From: Dipteris shenzhenensis
Lineage: Eukaryota
Length of the DNA stretch: 64,000 nt
Assembly (NCBI GenBank): GCA_047967505.1
Contig: CM106538.1
Direction: 5' to 3' (one strand)
Shown here: positions 1 through 14,630 of the stretch, one piece after another
Layout of the letters: each line of letters opens with the position of its first letter
Numbering within the stretch: the first letter of the stretch is position 1
Notes under the pieces: generated by a model
Told to the model about the DNA's origin: nothing
The model's database searches: none
The model's input: only the letters and a program-made list of their open reading frames with translations
Program-made: the position numbers and the translations under genes

Positions 1-2614
1 CTGACATTTTTACATTTATTATATACAACTTATTAACTATTTTATTATTTTTGTGTAGTTTGGATGAAAGAATAAAGAAGAAATCGTGAATTTCTTGTAG
101 GGGCCCAAAATGAGCTTCCTTTTTTCCTAATGTGATGTGATCAAGCATGGATGGTTGTGCATTCTATATGGAGTTTTAGATTTTGAAGAGCAATGGAGCT
201 TGGTGCTAGATATGGCTCGAGACTTGAAGACTGGGAAAGACCAAGCCGAGCTCTTGCTCCTAGCTACAACGTCTGCTGGCCATTCACAAGCATTTGTTTA
301 TGGGGATTTTTGGATCTGCAAGCTCATGGTGAATCCTTGAACTCATGGGTTCCAATTGCATTTGCTCAACTTTGATTTGTCTTAAAATTTGGGGTAGACA
401 AGATACTAGATGTAGTTGAATCCTAGGGTGTGGGCACAATGAAATTATCAAAATTAACCATCACAACTATAGATTGCACCCAAAGCGACACTTGCTAATG
501 ACACGGAGGGCCAAAAAATTGTGTCAGAGTCATTTTGGGACAGATGATCCAAAAATTATATACTAGAGTCGTTTAATGACTCAATTTTTATTTTTTACTT
601 GTTACTAGAGTCGCTCTCAGAGTCGCTATTTGAGTTGTTAGTTGAGTCTCTAATTGAGTTGCTACAAATGAGTGGCAAAACTACTCTAATAATGACCCAA
701 AGCATTTGTATTCAAGTGCTAACGACCCAGTGTTGTTCGTCATTTCTACTCATTGCTGCCATTTTGTCTTCCTTCAAGCCTTTCTCCTACCATTTTATCT
801 TCCTTCAGTCTCCTTCAATCTCTTGCCTTCCTTCAAACTCCTACAACCTCTCTTGTATTGCTACAAGAGAGCTTTTGCATTCCTTCAATCTCTCTTTCCT
901 TCAAGAGAGCTTTTACACTCCATCAAGAGAGCTTTTGCCTTCAATCACATTCCTTCAAGAGAGCTTTTGACTTCAAGATCTCTTTCCTTCAAGCCTTACT
1001 TCAAGATCTCACCCTTGCATTTATTCAACCTTGCATTGCTCTTGCTCTATCGATCCCTTGCATTTGTCTCTTGCTCCCTTGCATTGCTCCCTCTCCTGGA
1101 TTGATCCCTTGCATTTGTCTCTTGCTTTGTTGCCCTCCCTCACTCCTTTGCATTGTGTCCCCTCTTTCTCCTTTTTCATCTGGATTCCTTATCATGGATC
1201 CAAGTAATCCAAATTTTGATCTATTGCTAGCCTTGGGAGAAATACTAGATGCCACAAGACTACCCTCACTTGATGTGGAGCAGACCACGTGTAGTTTGTC
1301 CTCTCTTCCTAGAGAGCAATTATCAAATAAAATTTGAGATTTGAATAGCTCTCAAACCAATGCCCTACCAAGATCTCAAAAGGTCTTTGTGAAAATTAGG
1401 GAACCTAATGAGACTTTCCTATCCATGGAGATACCACATGCCTCTCAAAAGGGAAAGGGCAAGGACCCAATGGAGGAGAGAAGATGTGAAATATAAGTGT
1501 GAGATGATCACAACTTCCAACGGCTCTTCGTAGTGTCCCATATTCACATGGTGACTCCACTAGGGTAGTATTGGAGAGCATGTGGTGCCCTTCGATACCA
1601 TTGGATCCTATTCCACCATCCCATGTCCACTCATCCACTGTAAGTCCAACTTCCACAAATATTCCTAACATGACTAGGGCTGGAGCATCTTTTTATACAA
1701 ATGCAACACCTTGTCAGTGTGTACATGCCTAACATCCACATTTACTAGAACTATGTATATGATGTTTTATTCAAAATTTTTGAAATATAATCTAGTTTCA
1801 CTAATTTGTTCAAAATATTTTGTAGGCATCAAGTGGAAGACAGCAAGAAGTTTATCATTGCCTAGTTGGAGAAGGAGTTTGGGAGTCACAATGCAATCCT
1901 CATGGAGATGTGAGAGCTCCTGAAGCATCGACGTGACATTGCAAGGTACAATTTTTATGTTGGGAACATTGTGTTATGGGATGAATTTTTCTCTAAATCA
2001 AATTTATATTGCACTATTGTAATTTAATGCTAATCCCAAAGGTGGGAGTAAGCTGAATATTAAGGATGAGAGGCATGGATGGGATGAGAGAAAGGGATGG
2101 GATAGATGGGATGAACATGAGGGGATGGGGTGGGTGGTATTGTATGAGAGGGATGAAGATGGTGTAGTAGGTATTGAATGAGAGGAAGGTAGGTAGATTA
2201 TGGACGTAGATGGGAGATATCTAAGGATAGATGGGGGATGGGGATAGATGGGATATAGAGAGTGGGTAGGAGGTAGATATAGATATGTGATGCATATGAG
2301 CTAAATTTAGGGGAGGGATATAATCATATAGAAGTAGATATGGACTACATTGGAGATACATATGGGCTGAAATGGGTTGCGATGGATAGATGAATATAAG
2401 AGGTAGATATGGGGTGCATGTGGGAAATAGATGAGGGATGCATATGGGCTGAATATAGGGGGAGGAATAGATGAATATAGGAAGTAGATATGGGATGCAA
2501 ATGGGATATAGGAAATGGATAGGTATGGTGGATACATATGGGCTGAATAAAGGGGGAGGGACACATGAAACAAACAATAGGGGTATGGATAGATAAGGTA
2601 AATGAATATGAAAA

Positions 2615-2624
2615 TCTCTCTCTC

Positions 2625-2669
<45 letters not shown>
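2615..2669. repeat. (CT)n microsatellite after a purine-rich GATAG/GGATA low-complexity tract (~2060-2600)
   Basis: Direct reading. Confidence 0.9.
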
Positions 2670-2672
<3 letters not shown>

Positions 2673-3364
2673 TGGAGGGCGACTTATATGCTCTACACTC
2701 ACTCACTCTTGAAGTCTACCTAGACATTCATTGATGGAGCTCCTAGCACTATAGTTGGCTAGAAGCGGGAGGAGTTAGCAAAACAAGCTTCTTCACGAGA
2801 CAGAAGTATAGGGGGGGAGGGAGGGTGCGAGGATTGAGGGGGAAGTGTGACAAAGAAGCTAGGGAAGGAAGGGGGGGCAACATGAGGGCACTTATATGAG
2901 AGGTGAGGGGGGACATGATGTTGCAAAGGTCACCTCCCCATCTGTAAGACCACAAATGAGAAGAGCATGGGGGAGGAAGAACTAGGGTAAGATAGGCCCA
3001 AAAAGGAGAGAAGAAGTGGATGCCACATGGATATAGTAAGGTTAGCATGTCGGTAGGACATAAAGAGATCCACCCAGAGCCTAGAGGTTGCATCTTGGCT
3101 ATATCAAGGGAGAAGATGGGAAGGAAAGATTGCGGGGCAATGTGCCTTGGATCAGTGGCTTGGTAGGAAGAGACCAAGGAGCAATAAGAAGGTGCATGAG
3201 TGAAGCTGAAAACAGAGCCCTGGTAGATGGTGAAATTAGGGCAGACCATGGCCTAGTAGAAGGTAGATGTGCAGGGCACACAAAAGACGAAGTGGTGAAG
3301 CAAAGGGAGGGCAGGAAGAGGGAAACACCCTACCCTTATATAGGGCCAAATGATGGGCTAGCAG

Positions 3365-3860
3365 TCAGCCATTATGGCCCTGCTGGTCTCTCAACCCCAT
3401 AAAGTGCAACAGTTGGCCATTACTGCCCTACTGGTCCCCATAAGGGCTACCCTACAAGTCCCCATAAGGGCTGCCCACAACCACATCTATTTGAAGCACA
3501 TAAAGTTAAGAAGTTTGTTCCACACACCACACACATTGTGTGAGATCTTGGGCTATTCTATTAGACTTCCACTATGCGTACCCTCTGTTGGTCGAACTTT
3601 AACTTTGGTATCAAAGCCCAAGTAGGAGCTCAAAAGTGTGGGAGCTTAATGGCAGGGACCTTGCTGAAGGACGGCCCTAATTCAGTGGCTCAAGGGAATC
3701 CACTTCCATGACTGGAGGACTATGTACTTGTGAGAAGGAGAGTGATTCAAGTCCCCATAAAAGCTTCCCACATCCCCATAAAGGCTACCCTACAGGTCCC
3801 CATAAGGGCTACCCTATAGGTGTCCCCATAAGAGCTCCATAAACGGGGACCTAGTGGGGT
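3365..3860 (+). mobile_element. Degenerate LTR-retroelement 5' region (LTR 3' part, PBS-like TGGTATCAAAGC at ~3606, CCCCATAAGGG repeats); target of the young copia
   Basis: 3482-3625 is similar to the reverse complement of 18385-18531. The repeat motif resumes at 9347-9390, after the copia insertion. Confidence 0.6.
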
Positions 3861-3866
3861 CAGTTA

Positions 3867-4164
3867 TGTTGAGATATCAAGCTCTACCCACGATACATCT
3901 CCTGGATGACTATCATTTATGTCACCGCCTATGTTAGTTGTACTCGTGGTGTAGTTAGACTACCACGTATGTTTTTGGTTTGGGTTCACATATGAACCAC
4001 GTATTCTAGGGTTTGACATATAGGGTATTTCCCTCTTCTATTGTATTGTTGTTGTGTGCAAAAGTGAAGAAAGGCTTCACCCTCCAACCTTGTGTCCTCT
4101 CTCTTTTGTGTGTTGTGAAGAAAGCTGAACTTGAGTCTCCTATCTCTCTCCCTTATTCTTTACA
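3867..4164 (+). repeat. 5' LTR of copia
   Basis: Direct repeat of 9044-9341, TG..CA ends, followed by the tRNA-iMet PBS. Confidence 0.97.
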
Positions 4165-4741
4165 TGGTATCAGAGCCTTGTTCGTGGTAAGGAGCTCAAG
4201 AAAGCAAGCCAAGTTTGTGGTGTCCTGGTAAGAGGACCAGTGTTGCTTTCCTATTTCGAGTTTGGGAGCAAATCTCTGCAGGTAGCACAGCCAGAAGTGC
4301 AGGAGTGCACTGTTTCAGATTGAGAGGCCCTTCGCGGTGTGGCGAGAGCGCAGTATATGCTGCGGATGGGGGCGAACCCTCGATGACTTTATTTTTTTGA
4401 TTTGAGGCCGTTTCGGGTCCCGTTTTGAAGGCGGAAGTTCTTCGCAGGCACTCAGAAAAAGGCCCTGTTTTTCGCTGTGCGACCACTGCGCGGCTAGTCG
4501 GTGGAAAGGTGCCACGAAAATTGCATCGTATGCCTGTGTGCAGAGATATTGGGAGTTGCAGATTCATGCCTGTTGCCTGTTGATGCAAAATCGTCACTAG
4601 GAAGTGACTGTGTGGTGAAATACCACTTTCGTCAGTGTTGCAGATCTGCCCCTGTGAGGTTTTTTGCAGAAGTTTTGCTATTTGCCCTTGTGAGACATTT
4701 GCTGTGTTTACAGGTTGCTATTACAATTCGTGATTTGTAAA

Positions 4742-7700
4742 ATGTCTGAGAATCTGTCTACCATTGTCAGTGAGAAGCTTGACAAGAACAACTTCCAAGC
4801 ATGGAAGTTCAGGATGACAAACTTCCTTATGGGAAAGGGAGTTTGGGAGTACATCAGTGGTGAAACTGCAGAACCAGTTTTGGGTGCTGCTCCCACTCCT
4901 GCTGAATTGAAGGCCTTTAAAGAATGGCATGAAAAAGCCAGAAAATGCCTGTATTGGCTGTCTGTTAGCATTTCAGATTCTATGATTGTGCATATACAGG
5001 ATCTAGAGACGCCTAAGGAGGCATGGGATACATTGGTGAAGCTGTATAGCACAAATACCAAAGCACGAAAGATGCAGCTAAAGCAGGAGTTGCACAATGT
5101 GCAAAGGAAAAATCTGAATATAAATGAGTATTCCTTGAAGGTGAAAGGCCTTGCAGATTCTCTTGCCTCCATTGGAGCACCTGTTGATGATGAGGACTTA
5201 GTGTCCGTGACCTTGAATGGTCTTGGGAAAGATTATGCACAGTTTCGGACATCCATTGGAGTTCGTGAAACATTTCCTGATTTTCAGGAACTTATTGCTC
5301 TCTTGCTGAGTGAAGAGCAAAGGAATGGTGGTTCAGCCACCTCAACTTCTCAAGAGACTGCTTTCTACTCGAATACAGGTAGAGGCAGAGGTAGAGGAAG
5401 AGGCCGTTTTGGTGGCCATGCAGGAAATCAGAACCAACAGCAACAACAGGAAAACCAGTCCTATGGAGGAGGACGTGGTAGTTCTAGAGGCAGGGGGAGC
5501 CAAAGAGGCCGTGGTTCATGGCAAAGGAACCAACAAGTAAATAGCAGCACAGAATGCTATTATTGTGGAAAGCTTGGACACAAGGAGAATACATGCTATA
5601 AAAAGCATAATGACATCAAAAGTGGGAAGTTGCAGCAAAGCAACTATGCATCATCAAGTGGGCATGGTGACGACAGAAATGAGCACCTTTTTGTGATGCA
5701 GCATATGGTTAACTCCATGTCAGGAGATGCTGCAGCTTGCAATGATGTTTGGTATGTTGATTCAGGTGCCTCTAACCACATGACCAGTCATGGTGAGTGG
5801 TTTCATGATGTTAGAAATTTGGATAAGCCAGGTTATGTTGAAACAGGTGATGATACTGCGCACCCAATTACGCAGGTTGGTAAAGTGCCATTGGCTATGG
5901 AGGATGGCAAAATGAAGTACTTGGCAGATGTACTTCATGTTCCAAAAATCACTAAGAACCTGGTTTCAGTTGGCCAGATGGTTGAGCAAGATCTGCAGGT
6001 TAGATTTAATCCTGATGGATGCTTTGTTGAGGACTTGAAAAATAAATGCCGCTTGGTTGCGAAAGGCAACAAAAATGGAAGAATGTTCACCTTGGATGTT
6101 GATATGCCTGAGGTGAAAGCTGCTATGTTTGCGCATGGGAGAGGTGTCATTGTAGATATTGAGATATGGCACAAGCGCATTGGGCACGTGAATATACAAA
6201 GGCTGAAATCTATGCAAACGAAAAACATTGTTGCAGGTTTGTCTAAATTCAGAGTTGAGGGAATGCAAAAGGTATGTGAAGCATGCCAAATGGGTAAGCA
6301 GGCCAGACATGCATTTCCCAAAAATGCTAAGGTGAGCAGAAGACCTTTGGAAGTGATCCATTCAGATGTTTGGATAACTAAAGCTGCTTCTATTGGTGGA
6401 TGCCATTATTATGTGACGTTTATTGATGACTACACTAGTTTATTTTATGAAGCACAAAAGTGAAGTGTTCAGCCATTTCAAGGCTTTTAAGGCCATGGTT
6501 GAAAAAGAGAAAGGTGTGCATATTAAAGTGCTAAGATTTGATGGAGGGGGAGAGTACTTTTCAGAAGAATTTTGTGAATATCTAAAAGAACAAGGAATTC
6601 AAAGGAAGTACTCATGCAGGTCTACCCCTCAGCAGAATGGGGTTGCAGAAAGGAAGAACAGGCATATTGCAGAAGTAGGACGGGCGATCCTAAATGAGAA
6701 AAACATGCCTGATTATTTTTGGGTTGAAGCAGTAGCAACTGCTGTTTATATTATGAACAGAACCCCCACTGCAGCTGTCCATGGCATGACGCCTGAAGAA
6801 ATGTATACAGGCCAAAAACCAGATATTTCTCACTTGAAGGTATTTGGTTGCATAGCTTATGTTCATGTTCCTGATGAGAAGAGAACAAAGCTGGATCCAA
6901 AGGCAAAAAAATGCATCTTTATTGGATATGCTCTACACCAGAAAGGGTATCGCTGTTATAACCCTTCCACCCGCAAAATGCAAGTGAGCAGAGATGTTGT
7001 TTTTGATGAAATGAGCAGCTGGTATGCACCAACTGTTATGGTAGGAGATGCAGATGCAGGAAATGGGAATGCTGCAATAAATGCAGAGCAGCAATCTCAA
7101 GCCTTGAGTGGACCCAGAGAGTCCTCTACTAGTGGATCTAATGCATGGACAGGGAGATTGAGATCTAGTGAATCGTCACATGGCAGCCCTGATAGTGTTG
7201 TGCAGGTATCACATAAGGGAAAAGAAAAAGTAGACCATGCTCCAGTGTTTGATGTGTCTGCTGGTAGCTCTCATGTTGATGGAGAGTCAAGCGGCTCTGA
7301 AATGAGCCTTGATGAGGAACTTGGGATTCCTTCTGTTGTTACACCTGGTGCAAGGAAAAGCAGGCATGATTTAAAGACTCCTGCAACTGATCCAGTTGTA
7401 CGGAGGTCCACTCGTATTAAGTATCCAGTTGACAGGCTGAGATATGATGGGTATACAGCACATCACTATGCTTATATGGTCAAGGTTCTAGAGGAGCCAG
7501 AGCCCACATGTTTTGAGGATGCAGCAGGGCATAAAAATTGGGAAGCAGCTATGGATGAAGAGATGGCTGCCTTGGATGCAAACCACACTTGGGATTTGAT
7601 GCCTTTGCCTCATGATAAGAAGGCTATTGGCTGCAAGTGGGTTTACAAAGTAAAGCACAATGCTGATGGGTCTGTTAGCAGGTACAAGGCAAGATTGGTT

Positions 7701-9086
7701 GCCAAAGGTTTTGCGCAGACATATGGAATTGATTATGAGGAAACTTTCAGCCCAGTTGCAAGGATGGCAACCGTGAGAGCAGTAATTGCTATGGCTGCTG
7801 CAAGGGGATGGTCTTTACACCAGATGGATGTGAAAAATGCCTTCTTGCATGGTGATTTGCAGGAAGAGGTTTATATGATGCAGCCAGAAGGTTATGAGGA
7901 TAATTCACACCCCGATTTTGTATGCAGGTTGCGCAAAGCCTTGTATGGCTTAAAACAGGCGCCGAGGGCATGGTCAGACAAGATAGGGCAATATCTTGTC
8001 ACTATTGGATTTCAGATTTCCAATTCAGATTTTTCACTTTATGTGAAAAGGACAAACAGAGGGATTGTGCTTGTAGTCATCTATGTTGATGACTTGATTA
8101 TTACAGGTGATAGTGATGCAGACATTAATGAAGTGAAGCTGCTGTTGAAGCAGAAATTTGAGATGAAGGATTTGGGAGAGCTGCGTTACTTCTTGGGCAT
8201 TGAGGTTATTAGATCCCCGAGTGGGATATGGCTGTTGCAAAGGCAATACGGTTTGGACATGCTGTCCAAATATGGGATGACAGGCTGTAAGCCTATCTCT
8301 GTTCCATTGGAGCAGAATGTGAAGCTCAATGCAGAGACAGGTGAGCTTCTTGAAGATATTACTATGTACAGGCGCATAGTAGGTAGCTTGATTTACATGA
8401 CTATAACCAGACCAGATTTGAGCTATGCTATGGGGCTGGTGAGTCAGTTTATGCAGGCACCGAGGAAGCCACATTTGGATGCGGCTAGGCGCATACTGCG
8501 GTATGTGAAGTCCACATTGCATTATGGACTGTTTTATGAAGCTGGGTGTGCATTACAGGTACATGGATACACAGATGCTGACTGGGCTGGTAGTGTCTCA
8601 GACAGGAGATCTACTAGTGGTTTTATGTTTTCTCTTGGGAGTGGTGCCATCAGTTGGAGCAGCAAGAAGCAGCCAACAGTTGCCTTGTCGAGCACAGAGG
8701 CTGAGTACAGGGGTGCAGCAATGGCTGCATGTGAAGTAGCTTGGTTACGGAAGCTACTTGCAGATATGGGACAGTCAATTCATGCAGCAGTTGTCATTCA
8801 TTGTGACAACATTAGCAGCATCATGCTTGCTAATAACCCAGTTTATCATGCTAGAACGAAGCACATTGAGGTGCATTATCACTTTGTGAGAGAGAAGGTT
8901 CTAGCTGGTGAGATTGATCTAGTCTATGTCAGCACTGAGGAGCAGGTGGCTGATATTTTTACGAAGGCATTGGGTACCGAGAAGCTTCGCAGATTTAGGA
9001 GCTTGCTTGGTGTATGTGAGATGGATTTGAGCTTGAGGGGGAGTGTTGAGATATCAAGCTCTACCCACGATACATCTCCTGGATGA
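4742..9086 (+). pseudogene. Copia gag-pol polyprotein with one frameshift at ~6435 (ORFs 4715-6463 and 6423-9086)
   Basis: CCHC knuckle CYYCGKLGHKENTC; protease WYVDSGASNHM; GAG-pre-integrase WHKRIGH...CEAC; integrase HSDVW/DGGGEY/NGVAERKNR; RT QMDVKNAFLHG and YVDDL; RNase H DADWAG...KHIEVHYH. About four residues are missing between FIDDYT and VYFMK. Confidence 0.95.
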
Positions 9087-9341
9087 CTATCATTTATGTC
9101 ACCGCCTATGTTAGTTGTACTCGTGGTGTAGTTAGACTACCACGTATGTTTTTGGTTTGGGTTCACATATGAACCACGTATTCTAGGGTTTGACATATAG
9201 GGTATTTCCCTCTTCTATTGTATTTTTGTTGTGTGCAAAAGTGAAGAAAGGCTTCACCCTCCAACCTTGTGTCCTCTCTCTTTTGTGTGTTGTGAAGAAA
9301 GCTGAACTTGAGTCTCCTATCTCTCTCCCTTATTCTTTACA
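9044..9341 (+). repeat. 3' LTR of copia
   Basis: Preceded by the PPT, followed by TSD AGTTA. Confidence 0.97.
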
Positions 9342-9409
9342 AGTTAAAGGGCCAAAAGTTGGCCATGTAGGTCGCCATAAGGGCTGCTATGTCCACCACA
9401 TAAACTTAG

Positions 9410-9960
9410 GTTTCTTCAAACTGTTAAATGAACCAAACACATCACAAAAGTCCCCAAAGATTTCTAGTAACTTATCCACATTCCCTTCTTTAGCCTCCAA
9501 AATACTACGTTACCATCTACAAAAAATTGACATAGTTGTTGCTTGTTGGATTTCAGTCCTTACCACCATGAATGCATCCCATGGCCATGTTACCATCTAT
9601 CGCTCTAAGAACAAGCTCAGTGACCATCGCAAACAAGAAAGGTGCCAGAGGGTAGCCCTACCTTGCCTTAGTGCAAAGCCCCTTCTCTCATATTCATTCA
9701 CCTCCATACCAGTAGCATCATTAGTGAACAACATAGTCAATATGTTATTGAAACCATTCCCCAATCCTAGCACCTCTGAATTGTCAATAATGAAGTCCTA
9801 GCAAATATGGTCATAAGCTTTGCCCAAGTCCAAATTGAGCAAAACATAAGCCTGGTTTCTTCCATGCTAACTTTATGCTACACAATACATTCAAAATGAC
9901 TTCTTGAATAGACCTACCAACAATGAATCCAAATTGATTAGCATGTAGCTTCCTTACCAA
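9410..9960 (-). pseudogene. Degenerate LINE (L1-like) reverse transcriptase fragment
   Basis: Minus strand reads ...VLLNLDLGKAYDHI...RQG..PLAPFLF..., with stops and frameshifts. Confidence 0.65.
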
Positions 9961-11965
9961 GACATATCATGCCACTGCTTCAGGTAAAGATATTGTAGGA
10001 CATATTATGCCACTGCTTTAGGCAAAGATATTGTATGACAAATTTAGCATCATGGAGGTAGAAAGAGGACGCATACAATCAGCTAGGAACTCATCATGAC
10101 TAGGAAAGAGGAAGGTGGAATTGGAATGGGTACATTGCAAAGCAAAGCTAAAGCACGACTCATGAAACTCCTATTTAAGGCTCATAGTGGAAGCTAGTAG
10201 GCTACTTTCTTCCATCATCCTTCGATGAATTGATGGTTATTTGATATGCTTGTGGGCTAAAAACCATGTATAAAATGCCCTTCAAGAGGAGTTACCTATG
10301 GGTGATCAAGTGGAAAAGATTTGAGAGGCTACAGACTGATTATGGGATTCAAAGCAATTCAAAGTAATCCCTCAAATTCTCATTAGATCTTATAGGTAGA
10401 GTCTACTATGATACCACTCTAGATCGATGCCATCTTCTAGACAACTTGATAGATCTTCACAATGTTTGGGCATAGCCTAGCTGGAGATTACTGAGGGTGG
10501 TAATAGAGTCATCTAGATGACTAGCCAAGAGAGGGTTGGCATGGCCTAGTATGCATGCATATCTAGATGGTTGCTAGTTGGGTTATTTAAATGGACTGCC
10601 TCCCTCCCTTCCAGTATAGTTTGGATGCTTCATCCCTCTAGATCTCATGAGATGAGATCAAGGGTATCGTACGATTATTGGATCTACTCCAGCTCTACAC
10701 ATCGTAGACTTGTGGAGTCGACCAAGAGTTGCCCACCAAGATCTATTTTTATCGTAACCATTTCTTAAGAGTATCTGAGGGGTGATTATCAAACCTCAAT
10801 ATCTGGAGGATAGATAGGTCTCACATGCACTGAAGATTGCCATCAGATAGGTAAGGGTCTCATGATTCTCATTAGTTGATGATTGAGTCACACCTAGGGA
10901 GCAAAGGAGCAGGCTGGCTAGGGTAGAGACAAAGGAACACTTCCTATGCACTTACCTAGCATACTATGAGATTTGAAGATAGTACAACTATCTCTTTCAC
11001 GAAGGACAAGGTTTTGGGCCTCTCTCAGTTGGTTCACTTTTGTGACCAAGTTTGTGTTGGCCTCTACTTTGGAGATGTGAAGACATAGAGACACTTTCTT
11101 GTAACAGCGACTTTCATGACTAGTTTTGTGTTGGCCTGTACTTGATGGAGATGCGGAAACATAGAGAGACTTTCTTGCAACAGATTAGATAGTAGGGGGT
11201 GATAGTGCCATAGGAGGTTGACCATGCATAGTGACATGTTACACATTTTTATGCTTTTGATTCACCCCAAGACATAGTGGAGTAGAAGAGGAGATAGCTG
11301 GCATGAGGGCATCATGGATTAGTAGGAAGAGATGGCGTGGAGCAGTGGATCTAGGTACAAAGAGACTACACATGAAGTAGAGGTCGACCAAAGCATGCAT
11401 GATGGAGGTCTAGCCCATTGTAGCTCTACTCAAATGGTTTGATCTAACACGTCGCTCTTAACATGGCCAATACAATAGAGGTCCAACCCATCCCATGTTT
11501 ACTCAGAGGGGACCATCCAATCCAAGGCGTCACTCTTGAGGTGGCCCACTAATATAGAGATCATGAAGACCATGCTCCCCATCATAGTGAGAGATGACCT
11601 GATAGACACAGATTCAAGATACCTTCATAGTCCATAGGAGAGCACCATGGCACTACTAGTTTCTGAGTACTATCTTTGAGTAATAGTTTTCTCTTTAGCC
11701 CACAGTGGCTTGTATGAGTTACTCTTGGATTGTACTTTCGCTTCATAGGCCCACATGGCCTCCTAAAGATGGTAATAAATATTTCTTTCTTTCTTTGTTT
11801 TCTCTCTTCCCCCTTCTCCAATTTCATAAGAGGCAAATGAAAATTAACAAGCATAAAAATTTGTAAGGAAAAAAGATAGCATTGGAAATAATTAGCACTG
11901 TGGCTACAACTACCATAGTGGTTATCACTATGGTTGTTAACTCGATTGATCACTTGCAAAATAAT

Positions 11966-11997
<32 letters not shown>

Positions 11998-12089
11998 CCC
12001 CCCCCCCCAACCTCATAAGATACAAATGGAAATTCACCAACATAATGATTTGGGAGGGAAAAAGATAGTAGCACACATCAATAGAAGTC

Positions 12090-12340
12090 AGCCTACTGAC
12101 CTGCATTGTGTCAAGAATGTGTATGATGTGCTTGCCATACTCCTTGTGTTCCCTCCACACTCTATAGATGTCCTTTTTATTTGGAGAAACTCTCAATTAT
12201 TATGCCAAAAGAGTGCCAAAACAATGCCACTACAATGATGACTTCTCACTATGATGTCTCTCCTTTTCTTCCCTTGTGATGCCCACCACTGGCTTCTCAC
12301 ATTGGGCTATCAGTTGGTGTGTGAATTGAGCTTCAAAATT
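12090..12340 (-). pseudogene. Possible DNA-transposase fragment (RVSPNKKDI...HILDTMQ)
   Basis: Resembles N-terminal motifs of Sola-type transposases; short and disrupted. Confidence 0.3.
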
Positions 12341-14581
12341 TAATACAAAGAGAGCTCAAAGATTTGACACGAAACTGACCCAAAACCCCATAATTATGCT
12401 GAAGTGGAAGCGATATTTTCATGCTTGATTCCAAAAGTGATACTTCTTTTTGTGATATTGCACTAGTGTAATAATGAGACACAATCTTGTCATTGTCAAT
12501 AGCACAGAGCTCGACACTTGGCGCTATATGCATTTACTCATGAGCATAGAGACTGTTGCTATGACTTTGGCCTCTGACTATGTCACACAGCCTTTGCCTT
12601 GCCATCTGTCATTTGCGAAGCTTCGCCATCTGTCACTATGCAACACAATCTTTTGTTACGCTGACCATTGTGCTGGTTCGAGCACAACTGCATTGGCCTG
12701 ACGCTACAGCACAAAACTTTTGCCTTGCCAGCTACTGTCATTGCACAGATTTGCCATCTATCACTGCGCAACCCAATCTTTTGTTGTGCTGACCACCGTG
12801 TTGGTTCAAGCAATGATGTTGGCATGGAGAGACCACCACATTGGCATGAAGACCACTGTGGCATGTCAATCTCTAAAGGGGATCGTTCAAGGTCCATATC
12901 CACAACCACCATGTCGTATTACTCCTTATGCAACAATTTCTCAACCACCACACACGTTCTTGGAGCTATTTTAGTTCCAAGCTAAGGAAAATGTAGACAT
13001 TTGCAATTTATGAGAGTTTCCTTGCAACCACCACGCTGATCTTACTCATCAAAAGAGTTGACATCAATGAGATGCCAGAGAAAGGAATCAAAGGCCGCAT
13101 TAGCAGTGTGGGGATCCTTTCGAAATATTAAGAGTAATTGCAGCCAGTCATTAATGGAAGCAATGCTAATAGCTGAAGGTGTGTCCTTTCCTTTTTCTTC
13201 TTCCTCGAACTTGATCAATTTTTTTATGAAATCCATTGTTTGGAAAACATGCTAGTATAGTTCGGATTCCTTGGGCCGAAGGGGGACAAATGTCATCCTT
13301 GAATCCAATCTTCAATAGGAAATCATTCCAGCATTCTTGTACACATTTTAGCAAAATGAGAGAATATTCATCAAATTGGAAAGGTTAAACAATTTTGAGT
13401 CATGCAAAAACTAGTGTTCTTGCTTAACCTGATAAGTATTTAATGAGCAACGTGGCATGTGGCATGGGAAATGTGGTAGCCCAGCCAAGGCTTACCGACA
13501 TGACCCATGGTTAACCCGACCAAAGGTTAACAAGGTTTGGGGGTGTGTCTGTGTTTAAAAAATGAAAAACTATAAATGACATGGCACACGAAGCTCAGAT
13601 AAAGGTGGGAAAAACTTTTTTCATGTTGTAATATGGATATATGAGTACAACTGGTAAAAAAATGTCAAATCCATCGAGTAGTCTAGGTTTCGAGGTCGAG
13701 GTCCACTTACCTGCCACCATCCAAGAGAAACTAAGTGTGAGAACAATATAGCTTCTAATGGGTAGACAAGTAATGCATGTGTATCCTGGCTTGTCATCGC
13801 TTTTACCAAAGACCTACACTACTATCTAGAATCAAAATACCCACATTAACGTGTTAAAGAAAAAGACCTATGAATAAGGATAATAGAAAACTAGTGCTTA
13901 CAAGATTTTATGAACTGACTAAATAAACTTAAGTACAAAGCTTTAAAAAATAACCCTGGCTACTCTATTAAAAGTTATTATTAAATAGTACCATGAATAA
14001 ATTTATTTATAAGAATTTTCTAAGGAAAGTAAAAGAAGTCCATAAAAAGATGCCTAGAAAAATTACAAGCATAGGAGTAGGCAAGTGCCAATTAATTTTA
14101 GTATACCTTATTTATCTTAACCAAGGTTGAAGCTTTTAAGAAGGACCATGCAATCAAGATGATAGAGCAAAGCATTGTATGAATTACAACTTTCCATGCT
14201 ACATGACTAATCAGTGGAGACAAATAAAAGGTTAAGTGGATAAATGTAAACCTTACTTTGTAATTAGTTATTAACGGAGAAAATTTAAATATTAGAGGGG
14301 TCATAAAGAAGTAAAGAAGAATAAATGTATATATATATATATATATATATAGCGCTATATACATATATATGTACATAGGCAAAGCAAGGAAGGGATTTGA
14401 GGAAAGAGAAATAACCACAAGTAGCATTGGTTAAAAACTACAAAAGAAAAAGAGAGAAAAAAATATAGCATTTGAGCGTGCTTTTAGCTAGGGAAGAGCA
14501 TACTCTAAGTAAATTTTTATACTTAATAAACATGTAAGTGAAACCATATGACCATTAAATATATAGGAATATTGATATACA

Positions 14582-14585
<4 letters not shown>

Positions 14586-14627
<42 letters not shown>
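14586..14627. repeat. (TA)n microsatellite; a second one at ~14328-14350
   Basis: Direct reading. Confidence 0.9.

Positions 14628-14630
<3 letters not shown>

Larger units (their letters stand above)
3867..9341 (+). mobile_element. Full-length Ty1/copia LTR retrotransposon, very recent insertion
   Basis: TG...CA LTRs at 3867-4164 and 9044-9341 (298 bp, 1 mismatch seen). 5-bp TSD AGTTA at 3862-3866 and 9342-9346. PBS TGGTATCAGAGC at 4165-4176; PPT GAGGGGGAG at 9035-9043. Domain order gag-PR-IN-RT-RH. Confidence 0.98.

Noticed and set aside
599-1340. Overlapping Ser/Leu-rich ORFs
   Set aside because: They derive from pyrimidine-rich short repeats (CAAGAGAGCTTTTG, CCCTTGCATT); no recognisable protein.
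10100-11700. Possible decayed retroelement coding sequence
   Set aside because: I could not read any motif with confidence.
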